A stretch of DNA of 62,741 nucleotides, the filler included, from Porpidia crustulata (lineage: Eukaryota), in assembly GCA_964255105.1 (NCBI GenBank). It is 4 parts of 4 records of this genome, joined end to end, with 100 filler letters (N's around TTAATTAATTAA, not from the genome) between each part and the next. Parts side by side here need not be neighbours in the genome. Positions count along the whole stretch, not along the records: positions 1 to 15,639 come from CAXUWE010000292.1; positions 15,740 to 31,361 come from CAXUWE010000293.1; 2 more parts are not named here. One strand, written 5' to 3'. A program made the position numbers and the translations under genes. The notes below the pieces were generated by a model that saw nothing but the letters and a program-made list of their open reading frames with translations, searched no databases and had not been told where the DNA came from. Positions 12,400 to 24,136 of the stretch are shown piece by piece (within the stretch, counting starts at the first letter, position 1; each line of letters begins with the position of its first letter).

Positions 12400-12867
12400 C
12401 GAAGCGCTGCGACGCTGTCAAATTGAAGGCGCAGTCAACATTCCCTCCGTAATGCACCCGATTAACCGACCGGAACCGTTTTGTATACTTGCGAGAAGGG
12501 CTCCAGAAACAGAGTATTGAACTCGCTAGCTCATCAATATAACAGTAAATTCAGCAGGATGTACAGATCTTGCTATCTATGGTTAGTTGCTTATTGACAA
12601 ATCCGAGAACGCTGTTGACAATAATCAGGGTGGCCAGGCAACGAGTTTAGTTCGCTTAAACCTAGTCGTTTCCAGCTTCCAATCTGTGCTTCGGTATATC
12701 GGGTCTAGCTGAGTACGATTCAAACCGCAATAAGCATCAAATCTTCACATTTAGTATGCTAGATTTCGTGAAGACTCAAATACCAGGATATTAATGTACC
12801 TACAGTGGTTATGTAGAATATATACAAGATCTGTAGAGAATTATAACTAAGGAGGAACCAGACGGAT

Positions 12868-15416
12868 CTATATTGGGAACTCCCCCAGCTCGCTTTTATC
12901 TCCGAACCCTGCCGTTGCTCCATAAACTCGTAAAGGTACAGTGACATCGAAGCTCTCACACGGCAGAACCCGAAGAGCAGCCATGGTGCTGCCCCGATCA
13001 TCCCTCGCCACTTCTTCAAATAATTCATCGAGACCAGGTGGTATCGCTGCATCGTCCCTTGCTGGGCTGGTGACAAAGTCAAATCGTATTTTCCACTCAA
13101 GACTGATCCCTGACGTGATGAAGTCAGGAGTAGCATTGGCGGGGATGATCAGGCTGAATACCGCCCTCGTCGCAAACAACGTTGACTCGGATTGAGAAGC
13201 ATGCGCCCGCCTTGTTGCCCGGTGAGTACTCGCTTCTGAACGAAGCGAGATGGAAGAATCGACCGTCTCGGAAGTCTCTAAAGTGGCAGTCAGCGACAGG
13301 CACAATACATCAGCATTCTTGTAGTCTATAGCTGCAACAACGGCTTCACCGAGTCGATACGCTGGGCGCTCAAGCAAGATCACCGCCACATGTCGGCCGC
13401 TCTTTGTAATCTCAAATCGACTTGGGCTTCGATTTGCAGAAATCACAGAGTTACTTCGAAGTATGGCAAGGTCTATAGCCTCCTTGACGGTCTCGGAGAC
13501 CTCGTCCGTCGCTGTAACCGGGCCATGGCCTGTCTCTGTTGGTGAAAGCAGACCGAGACTTGAGGTTTCTTGCGGCTTCTCTAGAATGCTCTCGACGTAA
13601 GAAAGGAGCCCTTGAATAGAAGGGCCAGATGCGCGATGTGCAGCTATAGCTGTTACCAGACTTTTAGGACCTTGCTGATCTTCGTTCAAGATCGAGATGC
13701 TCGCATTGTTTCGGAGCATGACGTGGGGAGACATCAGATCGTAACACATTACCTCACCGCGACCTTGCATAGGTCAGAATTGTAGATACAGAATCAAGAG
13801 AAACGCTTACCGTTGACGCTGGGCATGACTCTGAATGGAATTTTGGCTTGTCGAAGATGGTGCTGTTGGGTGAATTTGGCAGCTCGTTGCGTGCCGACCA
13901 TAAGACTGTACGAGACCTTTAAAGCTCTGCCTTTGTGGGTCGGCGGTATTCCTTTCGGTAGGGGTTGGCTATACGAGTAGGTCCTACTCTCTCCGGGCCC
14001 TAGCTGCAAGTTGACGAATAGAATGGCTTGAGGGGTTGACAGTATCGGTATGGACTTCAATTTATCGCTGCTCTTCTCCTCTTTAATAGTACTCAACTCA
14101 TTACCTCCAAGAAGGCCTCCCAACGAGTCCCCAATATGACCCAAACCCAAGGCACCAAAGAACCCACTCTCTCTCTTGATTGAATCGCTTCTCACAACGC
14201 CTCCGCCACCCTGACTACCTATGATGCCCTTCCTCTTCACCTCCTCGAAAGGAGCTTGGTCGACCAAAGATCCATCAAGGATATAAGAGCCTGTGATCTG
14301 TCCATAACCCATCATCAAAACCTCAGATGGTTTTTCGCTTCTCAAAGAGGCTGGCCGGGCGAGCCGATCATTTGATGCTCTCCCATGCAGACGAGGAGTA
14401 TCCTGCGTGAAATACTCAGAGGCCATAGTTTCCGTTGAATTGTTGCTCAAGGAATAGTAATCTCCACTACTTCTGGGCGTACCGATCATGCTAGCTGGCG
14501 ATAGTATCCTCGTAACCGGATTCAATGCGTCCTGTGTGATCATTGATCCGTAGGGCTCGGAAGATGGCGACATCATGGCTTCTTCCGCGAAACGATCAGG
14601 ACCTGTTTTCAACCCCTGCGCAGACTTCTCCGCCGAAGCAGGCATTCGCGGAAACCTGAAGTTGGACAAATTTTCAGAAGGTTTCCTGGAGTGCCTGTGC
14701 GCTGCCGATCCCGATACTTGGCTTTGCTGTGACCCGTAATAACCTTCAGTATTAGACCCTGAGCCTTGCTCTGTAGGCAAAGTTGGATACTTGAGAAAAG
14801 GAATCGGCATCGTAGTCGCGCGGTCATGAACAGGTGCTGTGAGGCCATCATTACGAGATCGGAGATACTGGAGTGGCACCCTACCGCACATCTGGCCAGA
14901 CACCATGTTCCCGGTCCTCTTAGACAGTACTTGCAGGCTCGCAGCACGGGTATGGGCTCGCCGAGACCTTCTGGAAGAATCAATTTGCACATTTTGTGCA
15001 TCCCGCCCCTGAGACGCATCTCCATTAAGACAGATGATAGAAACAGACTTTCTGTGCGATTGGCTTGGAGGCCGAGCACCGTTTGTAAACACAGGTCGGT
15101 CAATGAATGAGGTAGGATCTTGACTGAAGGGGTTATTGAGGGAGACGGCGGATCTGTGTGTTCGTTGTTTCGTCCTCGCGATATTCAAGTTCGTTGAAGA
15201 CTTGATATTGCTATCGTGAGAGCTTCGTTGTAATGGAAGGGCCTCCTTCCACCGGTCTCGTGCAGAGGCATGAGCTATCAAGTGAGAGCTGGGTGGCTGC
15301 GATTGGCGTTCCCTAGGGGCCTGAGAGATATTCTTAAAGATTATCTTACACTCTACTCTTTCCCCTGCAAAAATTACGGGGTTCTTCCATTGTACAGAGA
15401 CTCTGATTTCCGACAT
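12868..15416 (-). CDS. RGP1: Rgp1 (Ric1-Rgp1 Rab6/Ypt6 GEF subunit)
   Basis: VIFAGERVECKIIFKN, LMMGYGQITGSY, PILSTPQAILFVNLQLGPGESRTY, GIPPTHKG, FITSGISLEWKIRFDFVT. Intron 13764-13810 and a probable in-frame intron at 14837-14884. Confidence 0.9.
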
Positions 15417-15529
15417 GCTGAATAGAATAAACGCAAAACAGCTCTCCGCCTAAGGGAGCTCATGAGGTCCTCGTGCATCGATGATAATTACCCGTCCGTG
15501 AGCGTTCCAAAATTGCTTTGTGCACGTTC

Positions 15530-15639
15530 TACTCATATTTACCCCCCAAACGGTCGCGCTAGGCCTAAGGGCTAGATATAACGGTTGTTGTTGAAAATAG
15601 AGCATCTAGGTCCTACGACTAGGTGTTCGGGGTGCTTAC
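15530..15639. mobile_element. Probable older MITE copy C, right end cut by the assembly gap
   Basis: TACTCATATTTACCCCCCAAACGGTCGC aligns about 19/28 with the copy-A TIRs and is followed by TAGGCCTAAGGG. The right end GGGGTGCTTAC resembles GGGGTGTATAC. Implied length is ~115 bp. Confidence 0.45.
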
Positions 15640-15739
15640 NNNNNNNNNNNNNNNNNNNNNNNNNNNNNNNNNNNNNNNNNNNNTTAATTAATTAANNNNN
15701 NNNNNNNNNNNNNNNNNNNNNNNNNNNNNNNNNNNNNNN
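15640..15739. other. Artificial contig spacer (N44-TTAATTAATTAA-N44)
   Basis: 100-bp N block with a six-frame stop linker. Confidence 0.98.
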
Positions 15740-15917
15740 GCCGGTATGGTTTTGAAGGTCGGTGTTTCAGGGCACATGGTGTAGAGGGTGTCATAAAGTG
15801 CGTGCGGTAGAGGAGGGCTTCGGCACCTTGGGTTACCAGCAGTGGTGAGGGATGACTTTGGTGGAATGGAGGGGGAAGGGGCGGATGGACAGTGGGAGAG
15901 GACATGGTGGAGTTCAT
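15740..15917 (-). CDS. BUD32: Bud32/TP53RK kinase (KEOPS), 5' part only, truncated by gap
   Basis: LLVTQGAEALLY...ALKHRPSKPYR matches the Bud32 N-terminal QGAEA and KxRxxKxYR motifs. Confidence 0.85.
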
Positions 15918-16891
15918 GGGGGCCGGTAACTGAGCGATTGGTATTGAGGTGGGAGAAAATGGGCTATGAGAGGACTGCCTTCATGTGCATTCGATTTATG
16001 AGGTTTGCAAAGGAAATGTAGATTTCCAGGAGAGAACTGCGTTGGCTTGACATGATATCGACCTTTACAGAATTCTGCCACTGATACACGGCGTTTGGAA
16101 ATCTGCGCCACATGAGGCTAAGGATGCGAGCAGATTTCTCCTATTCCACCTCCTGGTTTGCCTCCTAATAACAATGCCCAATCCATGTCTGATCTTCTAA
16201 CAGCATCTAAAAGAAGCCAGCACATGTAGGTAGTTTGATCCGCTCGCTCTCTTCGACATGTCTAGACCGCATGCATGATCGAAAGATATTCCAGTCATCA
16301 ATCCTGCAGAGATAATGCGCCATACGTCATGCATCTAGGAGCTCTTCTGTAGTATTCCTGTCAGCAAAGATATGTTCGACAATGATTTCCTCCGCATATC
16401 GTACTGCTCATCTCTCCTTTTTGATCAAGCCCCTGCTCTCGCTGCCCTGTATACGCGCACGTCTTTTTCTCGCTCTAGAAAGCGGCCATGCCTGACAACA
16501 GTCTGGATTTCAAATCCATCGGTAATTACAGGTGTCTCAGTTCTTCTTCCATCAAGCACCATTCATGATTATATTTCTTAAAACTGCCTATCATGTATGG
16601 AAGACTTACGAACCCAGACGTACATACGCATAATTACGAGAATAAATATATGCAGTTTGTTTGATGGTCTTGGAGGCGTTAGATCTTGGGGAAGGAAGAG
16701 AGTTTGGGGGGGATGGTAGATTGGCCTGGGCGGACTGACGAACCCGGGGACGGATGAAATGGATTTTTCTATTAGAATCAAAAAGAAAATAGACGCGTCT
16801 CTAAGAGGCGTGAGAAATCTATGAATGAAACCGAGCCTTTCCCGGCGCAGAAAGCAACAAATCCACCTATCTAGGTTCAAAGCGCATCTTG

Positions 16892-18343
16892 CTACACAAT
16901 TTTCTCGAGCTTCAACGAACCGTACGCCTCCCGTCCCGATTCCAACGGTCCCTCGGCCCACTCGACGTCAGTTCCAGCTCCTCCCGACTCCGTGATCCTC
17001 CACTCATCCGACGGTATCGCGCCAGCAAACACTGCCACCAAGACTCCAATCATCCTGGGCCCGAACGAATGTCTCGCGGGGCAGCGAAATTCACCCCCAC
17101 CGAACGGCATGAACGACTTATGGGCCTCGTCGTCCAACTTGTTCCACCTGGAAGGTAGAAAACGCTTACTGTCGGAGCCCCAGACGCTTTCGTCTCGGTG
17201 GCATTTTTCAATGTCCGCTTTGAGGATGATGGATTTTTCGGTCTCTGCGAACTTGAACTCGCGGTGGACACGTCTGGTTGGTGGGTAGAGTCGGAGAGCC
17301 TCCTGAACCATGAATTCCACCGAAACTTGGGTTTCTTTCGGGAGGTCGATGAACTCTTGTTTAGTCGGGTCATTGAGAAAAAGCTGGAGGGTTTCCCGCC
17401 ACTGGAAGGCTAGAGGGGCATCACGGAATGATACTTCGATGAAGGTGTGGAGGACAATGCGCCACATGGTCTCATAGGCCGGGAGGATGTAGTTGAGGGG
17501 AGTCGCTTGCGGTGTGAAATCGAAGTCGGGGGAAAGTTTCCTCAAGGCATCTTCTAGACTAGTTTTCCTCTCTGCGACTGTATCTGCGTCCATCGGATCC
17601 TTTTTGGAAGCGATCCAAAGCTTGTTGATCTCCTCGGTGGCTAGCGATACCAATTCCTCTTCGAGGCCATGTGGATCTAGTCCAAAGAGTACGTGAAGGG
17701 AGATGCTCAAGGTTATGGTCTGCACGAAAGGCACCAAGGACATTCCTTCTCCTTTAAATTGGCTCCGCTCTCCTTCGATTTTTTGGTGAACAAGCTTGCT
17801 CGCTATCTCTGCTATACCTTTCCACCGCGCGTCAACAATTTTACCCAATTTGATCCTAGCGTATTTTCTGAATACTATGCGGTATTCTTCGTTTGACGTG
17901 GTAAAGGCATTATCAACGCCGAAGGCAGTGACAAGTCTTTTATTCGGCTTGCCTCGTGACTCTTCGGGAGTAAGCTCATTCTTAGATCCATTTTCACGGA
18001 TACAAATGCCGTTTAGGATTAGCAGGCAAGTGTTTGTGTAACGGGAGCCCCGTTCTTCGCCTGGCTGTTCTTCGCTTGGCTGTCCTTCGCCTACTCGTTC
18101 TTCGGTGATTTGCTGTCCATCTGTATGCTGTTCGCCAATATGTTCTCCATCGGTTTGTTCTTCACCTGGTCGCTCCTCGCCAAGTCGTTCTTCGCTGGGT
18201 GACTCTTCTATTGTACGTCCTTCATTTGATTGCTGCTGGTTGGATCCGGCTTGTAAAAGGCTTTGCTTTTTGTAAAATCCAAATAAGAATTGCAGTAAGA
18301 ATATGACCCCGAGACCAACCGTAACAGCAGCCACGAAGCCCAT
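16892..18343 (-). CDS. Atypical intronless cytochrome P450 with acidic pentapeptide repeat
   Basis: N-terminal TM helix, ExxR (EALRLYPP), PxRW (FLPSRW) and heme motif FGGGEFRCPA. The I-helix region reads LPAYETMWR. Confidence 0.85.
   Translation of the reverse strand: MGFVAAVTVGLGVIFLLQFLFGFYKKQSLLQAGSNQQQSNEGRTIEESPSEERLGEERPGEEQTDGEHIGEQHTDGQQITEERVGEGQPSEEQPGEERGSRYTNTCLLILNGICIRENGSKNELTPEESRGKPNKRLVTAFGVDNAFTTSNEEYRIVFRKYARIKLGKIVDARWKGIAEIASKLVHQKIEGERSQFKGEGMSLVPFVQTITLSISLHVLFGLDPHGLEEELVSLATEEINKLWIASKKDPMDADTVAERKTSLEDALRKLSPDFDFTPQATPLNYILPAYETMWRIVLHTFIEVSFRDAPLAFQWRETLQLFLNDPTKQEFIDLPKETQVSVEFMVQEALRLYPPTRRVHREFKFAETEKSIILKADIEKCHRDESVWGSDSKRFLPSRWNKLDDEAHKSFMPFGGGEFRCPARHSFGPRMIGVLVAVFAGAIPSDEWRITESGGAGTDVEWAEGPLESGREAYGSLKLEKIV
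18053..18223. repeat. Coding 15-bp tandem repeat (~11 diverged units) within the P450
   Basis: Units TTCTTCGCCTGGCTG / TTCTTCGCTTGGCTG / TCCTTCGCCTACTCG ... encoding EERLG-EERPG-EEQTD-GEHIG-...-EEQPG. Confidence 0.85.
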
Positions 18344-19639
18344 TGTTGATTGGATTATGAGGATCTTGCAAGTGATGCTTCTGTGACGAAAATGGCATCT
18401 GGAGCAACGGAGACTCTTAGATAACTTGGCACAAAGCGATGCAGATAAAGGGTTCGAAAGATTGATGTTTCATATGCCATGTAGAATCATCCATATCATT
18501 CCACCTTCTTTCAGAAATCTCAAAATCCATGGGCAAGGATTCTATCCGTCACTCAACCAAGACACAAGGAGAACCTCATAGTCGTAACCGTTGTAAGACT
18601 CAGAACCGTTACAAAACCTGCAGTTTGAGCTCCTTTGTTACAAACAAAGGCATGCTTATTTCCAGAATTGTAATTGACCAGCATATGCAGGCAGGAAAGA
18701 AGCAGATTCAAACACAATAAAGTTTAGGTGCTTAGTATGCTTGGTTTGGAAATCCGAAGTAAAGCCCATTGTTATCGGCCATCTCCTTAGCTAACCTTAC
18801 CAAACCTCACAGCTTGAACACTCGATACAATGATAGTCCAGCAATGCATCATTCTCATCTCTTCCTCGCACATCGAGCCTAATGCATCGCTGTATGTTCA
18901 ATACTTGAACTCCGTACAGCCCGGCCTGAGACAAATGAGATATGAAGAGTTTTGCCTCTCAAACCCAGGGTCGTCAGGGTTGTCGGATTGTAGCTTCGAA
19001 GCTTCATAAAGCAAAGCAGGATCCCGCTCCCTTGTAGAAAGTACTAGGGATGAAAAGAGACCGGGAAGTAGGTGGAATCCAGGAGTTGTTTGCGTTGATC
19101 TCGCTCGCCACCGAGAACCTACGGAGGCGGCGAATAAAGAGGCCGTTTCCTGTAGCCCATATTATTGTACCATACAGTGTGCTAGGAACAAAGTATATCA
19201 CGCTCGATAATATTTGTTAAGGACCCTTGTCCTGCGTGTATGTTTGACAGTGATGTTCCGCGGAGGTAAAGCGAGATCCCGAGCAATCACAGTCGATACT
19301 CCAAATAAGACAACCACTCAAGATGCTCATAAGAAGTTTGTTGTTTTACCGAGAAGATTAGTATGTTCTACCGGTCATTGTGTTGGCCTAGGGGGCTCGT
19401 CGTCATTGATTGGCACATATTTGCGGCCGCCCCTTTCTTAATGACCTACTCGTCACTATAGCCTTTCATCGAAATCATCGTGACAGCTGATCACATACTT
19501 ACTTACAATCTGAGAGACTGGTCAAGCATAAAATCTTGCAAGGTACGCACTTACCAAGCGAGCCATGTCTTGGGACAACTTGCGTTTGATCAACGGGAAA
19601 TTTCATGTTCAGTCCCAACCATCGCAAAGCGCCATCAAT

Positions 19640-20347
19640 ATGGATCCGGTGCTACCAAATGAGGTTCCGGAATCTATGCAAGTCTCGGAACAGGCACCAG
19701 AGTTTTACTGGACTTCTTATGGGTCGACTCTCACAGACGTGGAAAGTTACAGATACTGGGCCCGCAGCATGAAATTAGATCTCAAAAGGCTCAAGATGGA
19801 TCACTTCATCGATAAAGATTTTGCCCTCTATGGAGACCCGCAGTCCAGGGATTACAGCCCCGAGAAAGAATTCGAAGCGAGAGCAATCCTTACCAGCAGA
19901 TTAGGTGAGCAAGCGTTCGATCATATTTACGGCCTGGAGAACTTACAGACGATATGGACCAAGTTGGAAGAGAAATATCTAGAGATGGGCTGGGTGGCGG
20001 AGTCCCGTCTGATTTCGGACTTGGTGAGCATCAAATACCATGCGTGCAATGATGTAGAGGATTATATTTTCCAGTTTCGGAAAACGCTGCGGAAGCACTA
20101 TCCCATTGATCGGAGGATTCATGAAAATATACTTATTTACCTAGTGCTTGCGGGTTTAGATATGGAAATTGCGGAGGTGATCTGGGCGAATCTAGGGAAT
20201 CGTCAACATGGAAGCGAGCCTCCTCGGTTTGATGCGGTTGTCGAGCGATTACTACATCAAAAGCTAGACGAGGTAGAGGAAAAGGATCTTGATCTATCGA
20301 CTAGGTCGAACAGGAATAGCATTTCTGGTAGACAACAGATTGTATGA
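19640..20347 (+). CDS. Solitary Ty1/copia-type Gag (UBN2-like) ORF
   Basis: ARAILTSRLGEQAFDHIYGLENLQTIWTKLEEKY...LISDLVSIKY...VEDYIFQFR...ILIYLVLAGL matches the copia gag helical pattern. The ORF is open from 19565; the likely start is 19640. Confidence 0.75.
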   Translation: MDPVLPNEVPESMQVSEQAPEFYWTSYGSTLTDVESYRYWARSMKLDLKRLKMDHFIDKDFALYGDPQSRDYSPEKEFEARAILTSRLGEQAFDHIYGLENLQTIWTKLEEKYLEMGWVAESRLISDLVSIKYHACNDVEDYIFQFRKTLRKHYPIDRRIHENILIYLVLAGLDMEIAEVIWANLGNRQHGSEPPRFDAVVERLLHQKLDEVEEKDLDLSTRSNRNSISGRQQIV

Positions 20348-20655
20348 GAAGCTTTCGCCCCCTACCCAGGGCTCGCTATGAAAGAGAAATTGCCGTTCGG
20401 TTGACAAACCTGCTTCATAGATTAGCGGATCAATGTCGCAGAGTCGTTCCAGGCTTCTCGGGTATCGAGCTTTTGTCTGGGTACCGATGATTGGAGGAAA
20501 AGATACGAAATTGAAATATTCGTAGATAAGGCATAGCGGTTAGTGATTAAAACACAATATGTCTCTCTTACCACTTTTTTCTTGCCTTTATACACATCCT
20601 TGGGCTGCCAATGACAAAATCTCCTCCTAGCGAGTGTGCATTTAGCCTTCTGCCG

Positions 20656-21743
20656 CTACTTACACTCCTTCACAACCTTTTCTAAGTCCTCCAAGTAGTT
20701 CGATACCTCCTTAGCCCCTTCGATCGTAAAATCCCTTCTCTTCCCCTCGAGTATCACATATGGTACGCTATCAATACCATTCCCCACTTGTTCTCGGATT
20801 AGCATCTTTGTGTCTTGCAGTCCTTCATACTCGTCTTCGACAAATGCTTTGGCCTCCTTTTCGGGGACACCTGCAGCTAGAGCAGCGTTTAGAAGGGTGG
20901 AGGTCGACGAGGGGTGCGCGCCTTGGGTGAAGTATTGACTGTAAAGGGCTTGCAGGCGAGTAGGCGATTAGCTTAGCTGAACTAATGGCTGATGAAGTGT
21001 ATTGAGGAGAGGCACACATTCCACGATTTTATTGGCGACTTCGGGTCCGAGATTTTCTTGGTAATGCTGAATAAGGCGGTGAGCGTCAAGGGTGTTGGCT
21101 ATGGTGCCGTGAAAGTCGAAGTCTATCCCCGAACCAACACCATAGGCCGTCATGAGGGTAGTATAATTCTGCATTCTCTCCTCTGAGTTGTCGTATTTTT
21201 CTCTCTTGTACCTAGAGTTTGGGGTCAAATGACATGTATGAGGAATCTATTTTGGATATAGAAGATAGGGAATGGACAATTGAAGAAGAGAGTCACTGAT
21301 GAAGATTGACGTGTACCATTCATATTTGTCTTCGCCTTCTTTGCTAGCTTCGGGGTACAGCTGATAAGGGAAATATTTAATTGTGAAGTTCACATCTTTG
21401 GCAGCAGTAGAGGAGCGGAATTGTCGCAGAGCTGTATCATTCATGAGTTAGAGGTTTAGACAAGAGATTTAGATATCAATTACCTTCATCAAGTCTGAGA
21501 TCTCGTGGATTAATATCAGCCTAGCCATTTAGGAGCGAACTTTGCAGACGAGACCTTTTCTTCGCCAAGTACGTCCTAGCATTAGGGTTAGCCACGGCGT
21601 GGTGCTTTCTACCTCGAGAGGTACTACAAAGAGAAAATAGACACTGTTGGCGTGGAGGGGAGACGGAATGAGTAATAGGAGAGACAAACCCACCAGGGGC
21701 ATATGGTATCCAGGGTGAACGAGATTTGAGACTCGTAGACCAT
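20656..21743 (-). CDS. DsbA/FrnE-like thioredoxin-fold protein, multi-exon with micro-exons
   Basis: MVYESQISFTLDTICPW|TYLAKKR|LDEA|LRQF...PYQLYP...ANTLDAHRLI...GNGIDSVPYVILEGKRRDFTIEGAK. Micro-exons 21555-21575 (21 nt) and 21484-21494 (11 nt). Confidence 0.88.
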
Positions 21744-22489
21744 GATTGCTGCCTTTCTATATGTAGAAACCTTGATGCTCAGCTCAAATAGAATTTAGGA
21801 GGTCTGTCCACAGCCGCTCTGACGGAAATTCCGACTTACATGAGACAATGTCAAACGTTCAACCCATAAATATACATTGAGACTCCAAGGACCAAATTCC
21901 CCTTCACCCGAATGATAGGGCTGACGGCAGAAGATGATCACATGATAGATAGCTATGTTCTGAACATCGCAATAATCACCTCAGAGGAAAGTATTTTAGA
22001 TCAAGGCATGCTTCGTTAACAATCAGCAGTGCGCTCTACCAGTATTTCGGCTGATTGATGGATTGAGAGTTGTGGAGAAGTTGGAGACCCCATATCTCGG
22101 AGTTTTCACTTGACGTGATGGCATCTCTGGACACAGGGTAAATCGTCTGAACCGCGATGAGAACATAGAAGTAATATCTTCAAGTTTCAAGTCTACCTCA
22201 CCGAATGAATACAAGCCGTCCAGAAACCTTGACCTGCCCTTAAAAGCCCTAAGATATGCCCCTTATGCGATAACGCCGAAGAAGGAAGTCGTCACTCAGA
22301 ACAACTTCCGTCACAGTTTCATTAAATCTGTTATTATTCTACAACCCCACAGCCTCAAGGTCTCACACTCATTTTCTCCTGAGTTATAACCTAAGCGTTC
22401 CCCTTCACGCACTGCTTTTCAGCATACGTCTGATTTATCGTTATTCCTAGTTCTATCAACTTTATCAACGAAGATACGCATCACTCACA

Positions 22490-23387
22490 ATGCAGCTCCT
22501 TACACTCTTTATCTTTCTTTCAGCAACTGTGGCCTTAGGAGCTGCGCAGCTCGTTTTGTAAGCCCGCCGTACTCCTTATTTGCAAACCTCATCCCCCTTG
22601 AGCATTCGAAGACTGGTAGCTAAAGCATAGCAGCGAAAAGAACGTCTATACTTGCAGAGTCAAGGACGGCGCCTATTGTGCTGGCGCTTCTCTTTCCACT
22701 CCTATCATCATCCGCTGTAACGGTACCGCTGGCCGGCCTGGAAATTGTGATGACAAGTATAACCTTTCCTCCTTAATTTTTTTCCCAAACCGACAGCTTA
22801 TATCAGCTGTAGCCTGGCGGGTATTCCCCCGATGGGAGTGAAGCAGCTCGCCCCATGTAAGACTTTTCCATCACTACGCTCCCTCGCTGGATATATGTCA
22901 CGTACCGGAAGTGAGCTTGCTGACGCAACCTTAAGGTTATGAATCTTCTCCGACCGCTGGAGACGCAGCCTGTTCCTTCGACAGCATCGTCTATCCTGAC
23001 AAAGGCTCTCCGTTTCCACTACCTCGCATGAACGTTTCTAATGCCTCCACGAACGCAACAAACCCCCATTTGAACTCTAGCAGCACCTTGACGACCGCCA
23101 CAACGAACAGCTTCGGCACTGTATACTCTCCTGTCGCCAACTCTACAACTTGGGCCCCAGCGGGGGCGACACCCTCCGCCGTGCCTGGTATCAATCAGCA
23201 ATACGCAGCAGACTCGGGCTTCGGCGTAATTAGTCTACTTGCAACGGCGTCCTCATATGGTGGAGCCCTAGGGACCGGACTAGGAAGTGCGCCGCAGGCG
23301 ACTTTCACAGGTGGGGTGGGGAAATTGAGAGGCGGGTTTTTCTGGGTGGGAGTTAGTGTTATCAGTACTATGGTTTTCTTTGCTTAA
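22490..23387 (+). CDS. Small secreted Cys-rich, Ser/Thr-rich, probably GPI-anchored protein
   Basis: Signal peptide MQLLTLFIFLSATVALG, Cys-rich exon (GAYCAG...IIRCNG...PGNCDD), Thr/Ser-rich region and hydrophobic C-terminus (FTGG...FFWVGVSVISTMVFFA). About 3 introns. Confidence 0.75.
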
Positions 23388-24136
23388 GATACAGTCTTTG
23401 TGTAAGCATAAGACAGTATGCCGCTGTCAAAGCTCAGAATCCGATTGATGAGGAGTAATGTGGAATTTGGTTATTGACGAGAGAAACCCAGTGTTCTGTA
23501 AAGCGATGATAGAGTCTGATCAGCATTTTGAACTCTGCAATCCGGGTTGTCTGGTGATTCGCATTCCTATTCATTCTATGCATCACCTAGTCAGTTGTGA
23601 CGCAGTCTCGAAGCCCGACCTAGAATCTGGAGGTGTCTTTGTTTGTAAGACCTGAGTATCGTCGTGGGCGAGCATGTGAACGGTCGCATCAAATAGACTT
23701 GTCAAGAAGCATGAATGTTGCGATGAGGTTTCATCGGCTCAAACTTTGCAAGGATAACCATCATTGAATATGGAGCAAGTTCTGGGACTCAAAATGTGTA
23801 ATAGACTAACCCACCGAAGTCCAAAACATGAGCTATCAAACGCTTCCTACCGACCCTGACACGAGTAAAACTCATTGTTTCACCCACGTACATGCTGCTA
23901 GGTCCGGGTCTTCATGGGGTATCTGAATTGAAGAAGGATTGCGCCCAAACAATGCACCATAATACCTTAAGAACGAACGTCTACCCCATACCAGGGGGTA
24001 TTCAATACTATATGCCATATAAAATTACTTGCCTTTGTTCAGCCACTTCGACTTTGGGTATCGCTTTTGTCAAAATTCATCGCGATTTTTGCTGTTGCCA
24101 CTTCGTCAGCTTTCATTCACGCTCTATCAGCAGCGA

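Noticed and set aside
15684..15695. TTAATTAATTAA palindrome recurring at three N gaps
   Set aside because: Synthetic six-frame stop linker from assembly. True distance and adjacency across these gaps are unknown.
21581..21592. ATTAGGGTTAGC telomere-like motif
   Set aside because: On the minus strand it is the branch-point region (GCTAACCCTAAT) of a DsbA-like gene intron.
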